DNA from: a virus
Length of the DNA stretch: 64,000 nt
Strand: one strand, 5' to 3'
IMG/VR virus record: IMGVR_UViG_3300014720_000030
Span: 1-64,000 of that record
Shown: positions 9,148 through 18,549 of the stretch, one piece after another
How positions within the stretch are numbered: position 1 is the first letter of the stretch
Layout of the letters: each line of letters starts with the position of its first letter
The notes under the pieces: generated by a model
What the model saw: only the letters and a program-made list of their open reading frames with translations
The model's database searches: none
Told to the model about the DNA's origin: nothing
Made by a program: the position numbers and the translations under genes

Positions 9148-10959
9148 TTATCCTTCATAATATGGACCATTTAATGTTGTTGCACCAAATACTGCTGATG
9201 TATTGTTGTTTATATTAGTTACGGTAGTTCCGGAGCCTTTACTGTTGATTGCTGCAACAATCATGCGTCCTACTTGCATCATTACTGCAGATAAATTGTC
9301 TCCGTTTGCTGTATTGTTGTTTGTATCATTTACGGTAGTTGGATTTTGTAATGATGGATCAGTACCAGCTAATATTGTATCCTGTGGATCTAAAACGAAT
9401 GTTCCTGCTGGAGCTGAAATAATTGGAGCCGAACTGCCGGGTGGTATCATAACGTCCTGCTTTATTTCGGCATCAATAGCCTTCATATCATCAGATGTTG
9501 CAAGACTTGTGCTATCTAAACTTAAAGTTTCTGCTCCTTTCTTCCCCGTAGCGACTACTTCTGCAACTGCACCTCGTCCGACAAATGCAGGAGCTGCAGC
9601 TTCCAATGAAGCAAAATCAATTAATGCAGCTTGAAACTTTTCCATATTTTTATCATCTAATATGGCTTGTTTGTTTGCTTCAACTAATGCAGCTTGTTCT
9701 GTTGTTAACATAGCTTTCATTACAGCAGTTTGCTCAAATTGTAATACCAATTGTTGTTTTAAAATATCTTCTGTTCCGCGAGTATCAGTTGATTTTTTTA
9801 ATTGTTTATATTGTTCATCTGATATTTCTCCTTGTTTTTTCATGTTTTCGACTGCATCTGAAAAGGCCGTGCCATCTAAATTCATTAAAACTTTGAGATT
9901 TGAATCAGATTCTAATAATTTTTTCTTTTGAAGAGCTTTACTTAATTGTGCTTCGTCGATTCCTAATAATTTGGACATTTGTTGACGAGCAAACAAATTG
10001 TTTTCTAAAGTATCGCCTTCTTGTTCTAAAATGGTGTTTAATGTATCAGCTTGTTTAGACATATCGCCCATCAATGTTGCTTGACGATACATGTTAGTCA
10101 AACTTTCGCCTGATTGTTGATCTACCAATCTGCGTCCAGATAATAATTGATATTCTAATTCATCGCCTATACTAGATTCAATGTTTAAAAGTTGTTCTCC
10201 AGCTCCAGCTAAATCATCTAAACTAAATCCTAATGCAGTTGCTTTTAATGTAGCAAGTTCTAAATTGCCTGGTAATTTTCCATATTGTAATTGAACTTCC
10301 GATCCTGCACTTGCAATACCTTCGATAACTTGTTGCATATAATCTACAGTATCAAATGCATCTTTATTTGCGCCAGCTACTGCATCGGCATTAGCTTTAA
10401 GTACGTTTTGAATTTCCTCTCCTAAATAAAGATATTTATCTGCATTTTCTCCCATTTTGGATGTATATAATGTAAATGCTTCAGCGGACTGTGCAGTTAA
10501 TCCCATGTTTGTAGTTAGCATATCTTGAATACGTAACATTCCTTTATATTGACGATCATTTTCTTTACCATATTGCGTATACAATGGAAGCATCTTTTTA
10601 ATATTAACTGCATACGTAGCCATTTGTTTGCTAGTTGCACCTAGGCCGTCTTGAAAACTAAGAATTGACTGTGCTAATTTAGCAGTTTGAGTACTCGTTA
10701 ATCTAAACCCTTCTTGTAGATCTTTATTTCGCTTTTCTAATACTAATGTTGAATTATTTAATTTAGCGTATGCGCCAATCAAAGCTTCCTGTTTGCCAAT
10801 ATAATCATCAAATCCGCGATTTAACTGATTTACTTGTACAAATGCATCGGCCATTTGAGCGGCCATTTTGGCGTTTGCTGCTGAATATTTCCCGGTTGCT
10901 ATTGCAGCATGTGCAGCGGTACCTAACATGTTACTTAAACTATCAATGAATCCGGGCAT
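9148..10959 (-). CDS. tape measure protein
   Basis: Ala/Gln/Leu-rich helical 603 aa downstream of tube and chaperone; LLNIESSIGDELEYQLLSGR segment. Confidence 0.75.
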   Translation of the reverse strand: MPGFIDSLSNMLGTAAHAAIATGKYSAANAKMAAQMADAFVQVNQLNRGFDDYIGKQEALIGAYAKLNNSTLVLEKRNKDLQEGFRLTSTQTAKLAQSILSFQDGLGATSKQMATYAVNIKKMLPLYTQYGKENDRQYKGMLRIQDMLTTNMGLTAQSAEAFTLYTSKMGENADKYLYLGEEIQNVLKANADAVAGANKDAFDTVDYMQQVIEGIASAGSEVQLQYGKLPGNLELATLKATALGFSLDDLAGAGEQLLNIESSIGDELEYQLLSGRRLVDQQSGESLTNMYRQATLMGDMSKQADTLNTILEQEGDTLENNLFARQQMSKLLGIDEAQLSKALQKKKLLESDSNLKVLMNLDGTAFSDAVENMKKQGEISDEQYKQLKKSTDTRGTEDILKQQLVLQFEQTAVMKAMLTTEQAALVEANKQAILDDKNMEKFQAALIDFASLEAAAPAFVGRGAVAEVVATGKKGAETLSLDSTSLATSDDMKAIDAEIKQDVMIPPGSSAPIISAPAGTFVLDPQDTILAGTDPSLQNPTTVNDTNNNTANGDNLSAVMMQVGRMIVAAINSKGSGTTVTNINNNTSAVFGATTLNGPYYEG

Positions 10960-10990
10960 GATATAATCTTTTAATATAAATATCTAGATT

Positions 10991-11233
10991 TTAGGTTTTG
11001 GAAGATGTCGGAACTTTGCTAGTTTTTGTGCGCATTTTTCTTTTTTGTTCTTCGATAGCTTTAGTTTGATCTTCAATAATCTTGTTGACTTTGCTTATAT
11101 AAAATCTTCGAAGAAATATTGGCATATTGTATACAGTATCCCAATCCCATCGCCCAGCACCGTGCCAAATTAAATTGAATAGATTTTCATGAAGTTTTAT
11201 TCGATCAACTGGTTTAAAACCAAAAAAAGTCTG
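10991..11233 (-). CDS. tail assembly chaperone C-terminal extension, likely reached by frameshift
   Basis: ORF overlaps the end of 11214..11975 in the +1 frame at a T7 run; W.W...YNMPIFLRRF motif. Confidence 0.6.
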   Translation of the reverse strand, partial: QTFFGFKPVDRIKLHENLFNLIWHGAGRWDWDTVYNMPIFLRRFYISKVNKIIEDQTKAIEEQKRKMRTKTSKVPTSSKT

Positions 11234-11975
11234 GTCCAACTCGAAATCGCGCAGTGAAGGTGCTCCCATCTTCACCTTCAAATTCATAATCATAATTTAA
11301 ACCAGGTGCATTATCTGCATAAAATAAACGAAATTCTTTAGCATCTCGAGCAAGGAATTCGTATCGCAAAAAGTTTTCAATATCAGTTTCTTTGCGAGAA
11401 CCATTTACTTCACATATCATGTTTTTCATTAAACCCGATACTGTAAATTCTTCGTCTTTAAATGTTGTTGTATATCTAAATTTTATGCTAGTAGTATCAT
11501 TTACTTGGTATGTAAATTCTCCGGCATCATCAGATTCTAACGTAAATGGTTTATGACCAATTTTATTTAAATCAACAATGCGACTTAAATCTTTTTTAGA
11601 TTCTGGATCTTGTACTGTTACGGGATATTCTGATCCGTATGATGCAATTCTAGAATAAACAATCAATGCATCTCGATCTTGCGGTGATAAATCTTTTGAT
11701 TTGATAGGCGTTAATAAGATTGCATCAATAAGTTTATCAAACAAGATTCCAGATTGCAAATAACTCGAATTGGTTAAAATATCCTCATCATATGCAGTCA
11801 TATAACGTATTTCTACTTTGCCTTCTCGCAACAAACTAGATTTAGGATAAATCAATCCTTTACTTGGTAGATTGATTACGATGCTAGGTAATTTGCTTTT
11901 TTGTTGATTTTCATATTGCTGACGAGCAATATTTACGATGTCTTGATTTGCTAAACGTGTTGTCACTTTACTCAT
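11214..11975 (-). CDS. tail assembly chaperone / T4 gp26-like baseplate hub assembly protein
   Basis: LPSKGLIYP, IRYMTAYDEDIL, YGSEY, terminal DFFWF; lies between tube and tape measure. Confidence 0.75.
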   Translation of the reverse strand: MSKVTTRLANQDIVNIARQQYENQQKSKLPSIVINLPSKGLIYPKSSLLREGKVEIRYMTAYDEDILTNSSYLQSGILFDKLIDAILLTPIKSKDLSPQDRDALIVYSRIASYGSEYPVTVQDPESKKDLSRIVDLNKIGHKPFTLESDDAGEFTYQVNDTTSIKFRYTTTFKDEEFTVSGLMKNMICEVNGSRKETDIENFLRYEFLARDAKEFRLFYADNAPGLNYDYEFEGEDGSTFTARFRVGPDFFWF

Positions 11976-11996
11976 TATTTCCTTTATAACTTAATT

Positions 11997-12015
11997 AAAG
12001 GGGGCTTTCGCCCCC
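11997..12015 (-). terminator. intrinsic terminator after tail tube gene
   Basis: GGGGGC-GAAA-GCCCCC followed by TTT on the minus strand. Confidence 0.75.
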
Positions 12016-12029
12016 GTGTTGTTTTTTTA

Positions 12030-12551
12030 TTAGAAGTTCAAGAACGCATAATCATATCGGATAGTCAATTCAATTTCTTGAACTGCATCTGATGTCCAAT
12101 CAAATGTTCCAAACGCTGCATCCGTGATGAATGCTCCACTTAATACCCATTCTTCAATAATCTCACCTAATGGTGAAAGTTGATGAAGTTTAATTTCTTT
12201 TTTATAAAATGTAGAATAACCATTACGTCCCGTTTTAGATTCATGATGCAAACGAACCCATTCCATTACTGATTGTGCTGCAGATGGAACAATTGCATCA
12301 TACAATGTCATTGTAATGGTACTCCATTCTGATTTGCCTTTTACGTAACGTTTAACGTTAATCATGTCCAATGCAACTTCGCCGTTTGTAATAGTCGGTT
12401 TTCCAGATGCTTTAACTAGGTGCGATGGAATATCATCAACTACCAATATAAATTGATGTTGCCGTTTTGGTTCCCAATTATATGCCAAGTTAAATAAATC
12501 AGCACCTTCGTAATTGTCTAATTGTCCGTTTAAATAATCTCCTAATGCCAT
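12030..12551 (-). CDS. tail tube protein (T4 gp19-like)
   Basis: EPKRQHQF, W..ITMTLYD, EWV, YKKEI, EEW.L.GAF, LTIRYD motifs; follows sheath. Confidence 0.9.
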   Translation of the reverse strand: MALGDYLNGQLDNYEGADLFNLAYNWEPKRQHQFILVVDDIPSHLVKASGKPTITNGEVALDMINVKRYVKGKSEWSTITMTLYDAIVPSAAQSVMEWVRLHHESKTGRNGYSTFYKKEIKLHQLSPLGEIIEEWVLSGAFITDAAFGTFDWTSDAVQEIELTIRYDYAFLNF

Positions 12552-12588
12552 TTTTGGTCCTTTTATTTATTATAAATATCAGCAACAT

Positions 12589-12618
12589 AAAAAAAGGTAG
12601 AACTAAAGTCCTACCTTT
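12589..12618 (-). terminator. intrinsic terminator after tail sheath gene
   Basis: AAAGGTAGGAC-TTTA-GTTCTACCTTT followed by a T run. Confidence 0.8.
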
Positions 12619-12637
12619 CTAAATTTTTATTTAACGA

Positions 12638-15112
12638 TTATGCTCCTCCCGGGAAAGCTGCACCTGTTGCTTGAATATTAAAATCCAACACAATAAATTC
12701 AGCCGTACGAGTTGGTTGCAAAAAGATTTGTCCGTAAAGGATATTTTGATCAATTAAATCCGGGGTATTATTTGTTTGATCCATAATAACTCGGAATGCA
12801 TATAATCCTTGACGAGCTTTTACTCCTTCCATATACGGATTCACAATGTTTAAGAATCTGCTTCTTGTAGCTGTGGTGTTTTGTTCAAATACCAAAAATC
12901 TAGTTGAAGATGCAATAAACTTTTTAAGTTCGATTAGCAAACGACGAACATTGATTCGATCTAATGCACTTGGACGAGCTTGCAATGTCTTTTGACCAAA
13001 TACCACTTTTCCTTGCACTGAGAAGTTTGCAATCGGATTAACTCGTGCTGCATACAATGTATCGCGATCTGCTTGAGTCAATTGCTTATATGTATTGTTT
13101 ACGCCAATTAATCCGCCCCTAGTTAAACCAGCCGGTGCATACCATGGAGCCGCAGTTCTATCATTTTGTGCTAATACTCCTGCAATTCTTACTGAAGGTG
13201 GTACATACCAATCTCCCCCTTCGTAATTTTTAGAAACGCCTAACCATGGCCAATATGTTGCAGTATAATTGCTATCTAAACCAGTTACTTGATTAACAAC
13301 TGTTGCTATATTATCTGTTATTGCATTTGAATCCATAATATAAAAAGTGTCTTGTCGATTACTTGCCAATGTTCTTGCAGCTGATGTTACATTGGAATGC
13401 AAACTGTCAATGATTCCTGGTGTAACTAACATGTTCATATCATAGTAGTCTGTATTACTTAGCAAAGAGAATGCTTTGTTGTATGCAACTGTACCAGTAC
13501 TGGTTGAAGTTGAACAATCAAATCCAAAACTGTTTGTAGCAGTAATGTATTCTCCTGAATATTTTTTCTGATTTGGTTTTGCTCCATCAAATCCGCCTTG
13601 GAATGGTACAACAAAATTTCTTGTATCTAATTTAACATTGCTAGCAATTGATCCTGATACTAATGCTGCCTCAATTGATCCGGTATAATATGCACTTGCA
13701 AGTCCCGGAGGAAAAGCAGCTATCGTAGCTTGTGCAACATTTCCTAAATAAAAGTCTGCATTGCTACCTGTATTAGAACCAGATGTTGGAATTGGTGCTA
13801 AATAATTAATATTATCTGGATTTGCTGCGCTAAAATCAAAATTAAATCCGAAACATGTTGTTAATGCAGTTTGCGTAGTTTGATATGATGCTGATGGAAA
13901 CAAGAAGCTTCCAGATAATGTTGCAATTGGTGAATTCAATGCACGGAATCCGAATGGTACATATGTTTTTGAATATGTTTTATTTGAAACACCTTTATCA
14001 ACTTCTACCCGTACAAATTTTGATAAGTTAGGATAATCACCTGTTATTACCAATTCATTTGCATTGTTAATACTTTGATAACGATCACCAATTTTCTTTA
14101 CAATATAATTTGGAGATGCTGGATTCAAATTACAGTTTTGAAATATTTCTACAACATCACGTAAACTGTCAGTGTCATTAGAAGAATATGGAGAACCTAA
14201 TGCAGCAAGTTGTGTTTGATTTACTCGTCGCAATTCTACCGTAAATGAACCATAGCCATCGGGATCACCAGTTTCTGTAGAAGTTCGTATATCGCGAATA
14301 CCAACCTTAATTTCATAATTTACAGATGTTCCATGAGACAATGTATGGAATCTAAACAAATCGTTGGTTACGGATCCGGCTTTTTGTGAAGTAATCCATG
14401 GAGTTGATGCAATGTTATAATCTTGCAAATATTCATGATTACTAATGATTTGCATTGACATTGTAACTTTAGTAATATCTGCAAATAATGATGTTACTGT
14501 TTTGTTTTCATACTGAACATATACTGGATATTGATTTGAATTTGGTGATTTTCCAAAAACGGTTGTAATGTAATCATTTGCCGATGTTACAATCGATGCT
14601 GAAATGTTTGCAGTTTTTGCAAATGCTCCAGAAAATCCAATAGCCGAATCGGCACCATATGCATATGAACCAGATAGTGTTAATGCAAATCTGCCGTTAG
14701 TATCAGCATTTAATATTGATGTTTGAAATACATTGGTTGCTCCGTCGGTTGTAACGGGACGTGTTGGATGTAATATATGTGTTGCATATTTTACAGATGC
14801 AGACTCAGCACAAATTGCTAATGCTCCATTTGTTAACTTATATCCATCTTCATATAATAAACGTGTTACTGTAATTACATTTCCACCTTTACTTAAATAA
14901 TCATCAACAACGTGTGGCACATATGAATTTGGAGTAAAACTTCCAAATATTGCCGTAAAGTCGTTCATTGATGAAATTTGCGTAGGGACTAGTGCAGGGC
15001 CTTTTACTGTTGGTCCTATCACAGCGGCACCTATTTGTGCAATTGCACCTGGTAAAAACGATTGATCAATCTCTTTTGTAAATACCCCAGGTGATACTAT
15101 TCTTTCTGCCAT
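12638..15112 (-). CDS. tail sheath protein (T4 gp18-like)
   Basis: SPGVFTKEID, PWYAPAG..RG, GQKTLQ..SALDRINVRRL, QPTRTAEFI. Confidence 0.95.
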   Translation of the reverse strand: MAERIVSPGVFTKEIDQSFLPGAIAQIGAAVIGPTVKGPALVPTQISSMNDFTAIFGSFTPNSYVPHVVDDYLSKGGNVITVTRLLYEDGYKLTNGALAICAESASVKYATHILHPTRPVTTDGATNVFQTSILNADTNGRFALTLSGSYAYGADSAIGFSGAFAKTANISASIVTSANDYITTVFGKSPNSNQYPVYVQYENKTVTSLFADITKVTMSMQIISNHEYLQDYNIASTPWITSQKAGSVTNDLFRFHTLSHGTSVNYEIKVGIRDIRTSTETGDPDGYGSFTVELRRVNQTQLAALGSPYSSNDTDSLRDVVEIFQNCNLNPASPNYIVKKIGDRYQSINNANELVITGDYPNLSKFVRVEVDKGVSNKTYSKTYVPFGFRALNSPIATLSGSFLFPSASYQTTQTALTTCFGFNFDFSAANPDNINYLAPIPTSGSNTGSNADFYLGNVAQATIAAFPPGLASAYYTGSIEAALVSGSIASNVKLDTRNFVVPFQGGFDGAKPNQKKYSGEYITATNSFGFDCSTSTSTGTVAYNKAFSLLSNTDYYDMNMLVTPGIIDSLHSNVTSAARTLASNRQDTFYIMDSNAITDNIATVVNQVTGLDSNYTATYWPWLGVSKNYEGGDWYVPPSVRIAGVLAQNDRTAAPWYAPAGLTRGGLIGVNNTYKQLTQADRDTLYAARVNPIANFSVQGKVVFGQKTLQARPSALDRINVRRLLIELKKFIASSTRFLVFEQNTTATRSRFLNIVNPYMEGVKARQGLYAFRVIMDQTNNTPDLIDQNILYGQIFLQPTRTAEFIVLDFNIQATGAAFPGGA

Positions 15113-15160
15113 TTAAACTCCTATGATTTTCTTATAAATATAAACATCATTTGCCAAACC

Positions 15161-15430
15161 TTAGGCAGTTGGAGTAAATGTTCCTTGAGCAATATTTATT
15201 TCGCCATCGCCGTAACGTTCTCGCATCTTTTCTAAAAGTGCTTGTTCTTGTTTTTGCAAGTCGCTAAACGTTTGTATGTATTTTGCACGTTCTGCCTCTA
15301 ACAAATCAAATCGTTGTTTTAGTGCATGTTCTTCAAGATAAATATTACCTAATGTTTGTGAATTTTTTGCAAATGCATCGCGAAGCTGCGTAATTTCATC
15401 TACATGTTCTTTATCTAATTTTCGAGTCAT
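15161..15430 (-). CDS. small coiled-coil hypothetical protein
   Basis: 89 aa, C-terminal RYGDGEINIAQGTF; has its own promoter. Confidence 0.75.
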   Translation of the reverse strand: MTRKLDKEHVDEITQLRDAFAKNSQTLGNIYLEEHALKQRFDLLEAERAKYIQTFSDLQKQEQALLEKMRERYGDGEINIAQGTFTPTA

Positions 15431-15447
15431 AATAACCTTTTCTTGAT

Positions 15448-15476
15448 ATTATAAAGAATTTATATCAATTATCCAA
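15448..15476 (-). promoter_or_regulatory. sigma70-like promoter TTGGAT-N17-TATAAT
   Basis: Exact match with a 17-nt spacer. Confidence 0.75.
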
Positions 15477-15557
15477 GCATTTCGGTTTTACTCATATTAA
15501 TAGAAATGCCGTCTACTGACAAAAGGTCTCCGTTTACTACAAAGTCTTCTCGAGTAG

Positions 15558-15716
15558 TTAGCGGTGTTCGTACGTCGTAAAACCGCCGCAAACGTATAGA
15601 TAATCTGGTAATGGAGGGGTAATGGTTGTTCCCATATAACTCAATATATTATTGATGGATATGCCATCAATATATGTTATAGATCCAAATGCTGCACCGT
15701 TTATTGTTGTAACCAT
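15558..15716 (-). pseudogene. 52-codon ORF, probable truncated fibre/beta-propeller gene remnant (MVTTINGAAFGSITYIDG...YLYVCGGFTTYEHR)
   Basis: TAAGGA SD directly after the fibre stop; YVxGGFTTY resembles the start of a propeller blade; stops abruptly. Confidence 0.45.
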
Positions 15717-15725
15717 ATTACATCC

Positions 15726-17081
15726 TTATAATTCAATCCATTCATTGGATGGTCTAAATTTCATTATCCATTCATCTCCTCCTCCACCACCATTATTCCA
15801 ATAGCAGTGTCCTACAATTCTAACATATCCTGATGCAGGTACGGTTGTGTCCATTGTGGTTCCAGAACCTGACTTGATATATATTGGAAGGCCATAATCT
15901 GCATTATCGACTATAGGATACGGTGATCCAACAGAAACTACTACATCACCTTCTATTATAACAGAACCAGTTTGTGAAAATATGTTTTTAGCTATTCCTA
16001 GCATTTTTGTTGAAGAGTCTGTAGTCTGATCTACTTGATACCATTGACCGTCTGTGTTTAAATAAACCAAATCATTATCAACAACATTTGCATCAAAATA
16101 CGACTCCCCTAGAATTTGTCCAGCATTATTGTTGTTTGCAAACAAATTGACTCGTGTAGCTTCCCCAACGTATTGTTGATTGTACAAAAATGTTTCATAT
16201 GTTCCCGAAAAACCGTTCCAATCCAATGCAGTTACACCAGTTATGTCTAATAATCCTCTATTTCCGAAATCTATACTAGCGCTAGCACCCTGGAATGGTG
16301 ATCCATATAATTTGCGTTCATAATTTATATCATCTACTTTGATAGCATCATATGGACCCATGTCGGGAATAAATGGTGGAGAACCTGGAATTAAATCTCC
16401 TCGTACAATGAATGACCCAGATTCTATAATTACACCTGATTGCCAATTAAGTACTGGGTATTCACTACTGTTTTTAAGTTGTCGGGTACCCCAATCTATA
16501 GAAGTTCTAATTCCAGTAGAATCGACAGTCCATCGATTCTGCCAATCGATTGAGGTTTTAGCGCTAGTATCAATCGCAATTCGGTCTTGCCAATTAACAG
16601 AAAGACTAGAACCAGTGTCTCGCAATAGTCCTGCATTCCAATTGACTGTAAAATCGCCTGGACCATTATCAAACTTAAGCAATCGATTATTCCAATCAAC
16701 AGATTGTGATGCATTTGCATCATACATGCTTCGTAAAACGTCCCAACGCACCGAAAAATTTCCATTGGAATCAAACAATGTTCTGCTATCCCAATTCACA
16801 GAATCTTCCGTGCTGCCTGGTATAGGACCAGATCCAATCAATATTTTATTGGTACCATCGATACTGTCTAACACACTGAATGATCCAGTTACTCCTAATG
16901 AACCTGTAATCTCTGCACTTCCGGTGTATGGAAATGCAGGTGTACTTGGAGCATACGAAGCAGATAATGCTTGTGTTGCGTATGAAGCAGTACCTAATAA
17001 ACTTCCAGTTATGCTTGGAGCATACAATGAATTTAACGTGGCATCAGAGCCAGACGTTATGATCTTTTTCCATGATGGCAT
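15726..17081 (-). CDS. putative fibre/whisker protein with internal SV(N/D)W repeats
   Basis: 451 aa; WKKIITSGS N-terminus; eight roughly 16-aa repeats; C-terminal DLVYL...GYVRIVG...FRPS domain. Confidence 0.65.
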   Translation of the reverse strand: MPSWKKIITSGSDATLNSLYAPSITGSLLGTASYATQALSASYAPSTPAFPYTGSAEITGSLGVTGSFSVLDSIDGTNKILIGSGPIPGSTEDSVNWDSRTLFDSNGNFSVRWDVLRSMYDANASQSVDWNNRLLKFDNGPGDFTVNWNAGLLRDTGSSLSVNWQDRIAIDTSAKTSIDWQNRWTVDSTGIRTSIDWGTRQLKNSSEYPVLNWQSGVIIESGSFIVRGDLIPGSPPFIPDMGPYDAIKVDDINYERKLYGSPFQGASASIDFGNRGLLDITGVTALDWNGFSGTYETFLYNQQYVGEATRVNLFANNNNAGQILGESYFDANVVDNDLVYLNTDGQWYQVDQTTDSSTKMLGIAKNIFSQTGSVIIEGDVVVSVGSPYPIVDNADYGLPIYIKSGSGTTMDTTVPASGYVRIVGHCYWNNGGGGGDEWIMKFRPSNEWIEL

Positions 17082-17084
17082 ATC

Positions 17085-17160
17085 ATTTTCCTTTTGTGTT
17101 GTGGTTGGTTACAGACACTTATGCCGTGCGTGTGCCCACTTCCTTGCGGCCTACAACATT
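17085..17160 (-). ncRNA. candidate structured 5' leader RNA
   Basis: GC-rich island between a late box and the ATG; CC-GCAA-GG hairpin, GGGCAC/GUGUCU stem, GUUGU(A)GG/CCACAAC closing stem. Confidence 0.4.
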
Positions 17161-17171
17161 TATAATAAATA

Positions 17172-17348
17172 TCATTGTTTTAGATATTGTTCTTGCAATT
17201 TCAATATGATATTGTAGAATGTTTCTACTTGTTCTCCACGAATAGACACATCTTTAAGCAGCATCAACAAAAATTCAATTTCTTGTTTTGTTAATTGTGA
17301 TGCTGTTTGTGTTTCTGCTTTTGATTTTAATTTGTCAATTATGCTCAT
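17172..17348 (-). CDS. small hypothetical protein (start revised to MSIIDK)
   Basis: The ORF-track start overlaps the upstream gene; the internal ATG follows the upstream stop. Confidence 0.7.
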   Translation of the reverse strand: MSIIDKLKSKAETQTASQLTKQEIEFLLMLLKDVSIRGEQVETFYNIILKLQEQYLKQ

Positions 17349-17355
17349 AACTTTT

Positions 17356-18186
17356 TTAAGAATAAATGTAAATATCTCCACTCAATGTATCAACATGAAT
17401 TGTACCATGGCCATTGCCTGAGCCACCGTATATTGGTGCTGGAGATGGTGCAGCTGTGCTTGTTTCTACTGCTCCTGCATATACCGACGGTACAAATGAA
17501 TTGCCCGTGGCATCGAATGATGAAGTAAATCCCCATCGCGTAGTACCAGAATCATATCCATACAATTCACCAATATTTTGAGTACCTTGTTGTACAACAA
17601 TACCACCATCTCCTGCAGTATTAGATCCAGATGCAAACAATACAAACCGATCTGCAACAAGCAAGTTTGCAGTGTTTTGAAATGATGCAGTACCTAATAC
17701 AACCAAATCGCCTGTCAATGTTAATCCAACAAACGACGGTGAATCTGTTGTTTCTAATCCTAAATCGATTGTCGACCCAGCTACGCCATTTGTTGTTAAT
17801 AAAGCCTGACCCTGTCCTGGGCTAGATAACACTGATGCAGATACTACTGTACTACCTGCTAATATTTGTGTTTGAGTTACGCTACCACCTAATGATGTTG
17901 CATTACCTGCAATTGTTATAGATGAATTTGCTAAACTACCATTTGGAATGCTACCTAATGTAAATGTAATTGTATCTGAACCGGCATTTCCTGAAATATC
18001 TAATCCGGCGCCAGATGCAGATGCAAATGTTAATGTATCTACTGCACTATCTGCTAATACATTCGTACCGTTAATGGACATCGTAACAAATGAATTTTGT
18101 GCAGTTACTGATGTTAAATATCCAGCATCATTATTTAATTGGGAAATATTACTTCCCGATACTACTACTTTTTTCCAAGTTGCCAT
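17356..18186 (-). CDS. putative fibre/collar structural protein
   Basis: Ser/Gly/Thr-rich; MATWKKVVVSGS N-terminus paralogous to 15726..17081. Confidence 0.65.
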   Translation of the reverse strand: MATWKKVVVSGSNISQLNNDAGYLTSVTAQNSFVTMSINGTNVLADSAVDTLTFASASGAGLDISGNAGSDTITFTLGSIPNGSLANSSITIAGNATSLGGSVTQTQILAGSTVVSASVLSSPGQGQALLTTNGVAGSTIDLGLETTDSPSFVGLTLTGDLVVLGTASFQNTANLLVADRFVLFASGSNTAGDGGIVVQQGTQNIGELYGYDSGTTRWGFTSSFDATGNSFVPSVYAGAVETSTAAPSPAPIYGGSGNGHGTIHVDTLSGDIYIYS

Positions 18187-18219
18187 GTTTTATGTTCCTA
18201 TTTTATATAAATATAAGCA

Positions 18220-18549
18220 TCAATCTAAACCTACAAAAAAAGATGCAGATGTAAAATATAATGCACCATTAGGTGCTGTTCCTGCAGGATCTAAACTTTG
18301 TGTTGCTACTACTATAGTGCCACTTTGTGATACTGTTAATACGGGTTGATTATTAAAGTTTTTAATTAAAAATATATCATTAACATCACTTTTAATTTCT
18401 AAAGAGCCTGTAATTACAGCACTACCTGAAAACGGAAACAACGATCCGCCGCCGCCGTTAAGTGCAAATGAAGCTGTCACTGCATAACTTGAAGATATAT
18501 TATACAACGAACCGGTTTGTAATTGCCCGGGTCTAAACTGCCGTGCCAT
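18220..18549 (-). CDS. small virion structural protein (start revised to MARQF)
   Basis: TAATG overlap with the upstream stop; FPFSGSAVITGSL motif shared with the fibre protein. Confidence 0.65.
   Translation of the reverse strand: MARQFRPGQLQTGSLYNISSSYAVTASFALNGGGGSLFPFSGSAVITGSLEIKSDVNDIFLIKNFNNQPVLTVSQSGTIVVATQSLDPAGTAPNGALYFTSASFFVGLD

Noticed and set aside
15483-17160. Known self-cleaving ribozymes or riboswitches in the two structured segments (15483-15585 and 17085-17160)
   Set aside because: No hammerhead CUGANGA/GAAA core and no convincing twister, pistol, HDV or glnA consensus by eye
16339-17217. 292-aa plus-strand ORF
   Set aside because: Antisense shadow of the fibre gene, with no SD, no recognisable motif and no plus-strand expression signals; the same applies to the other plus-strand ORFs in the track
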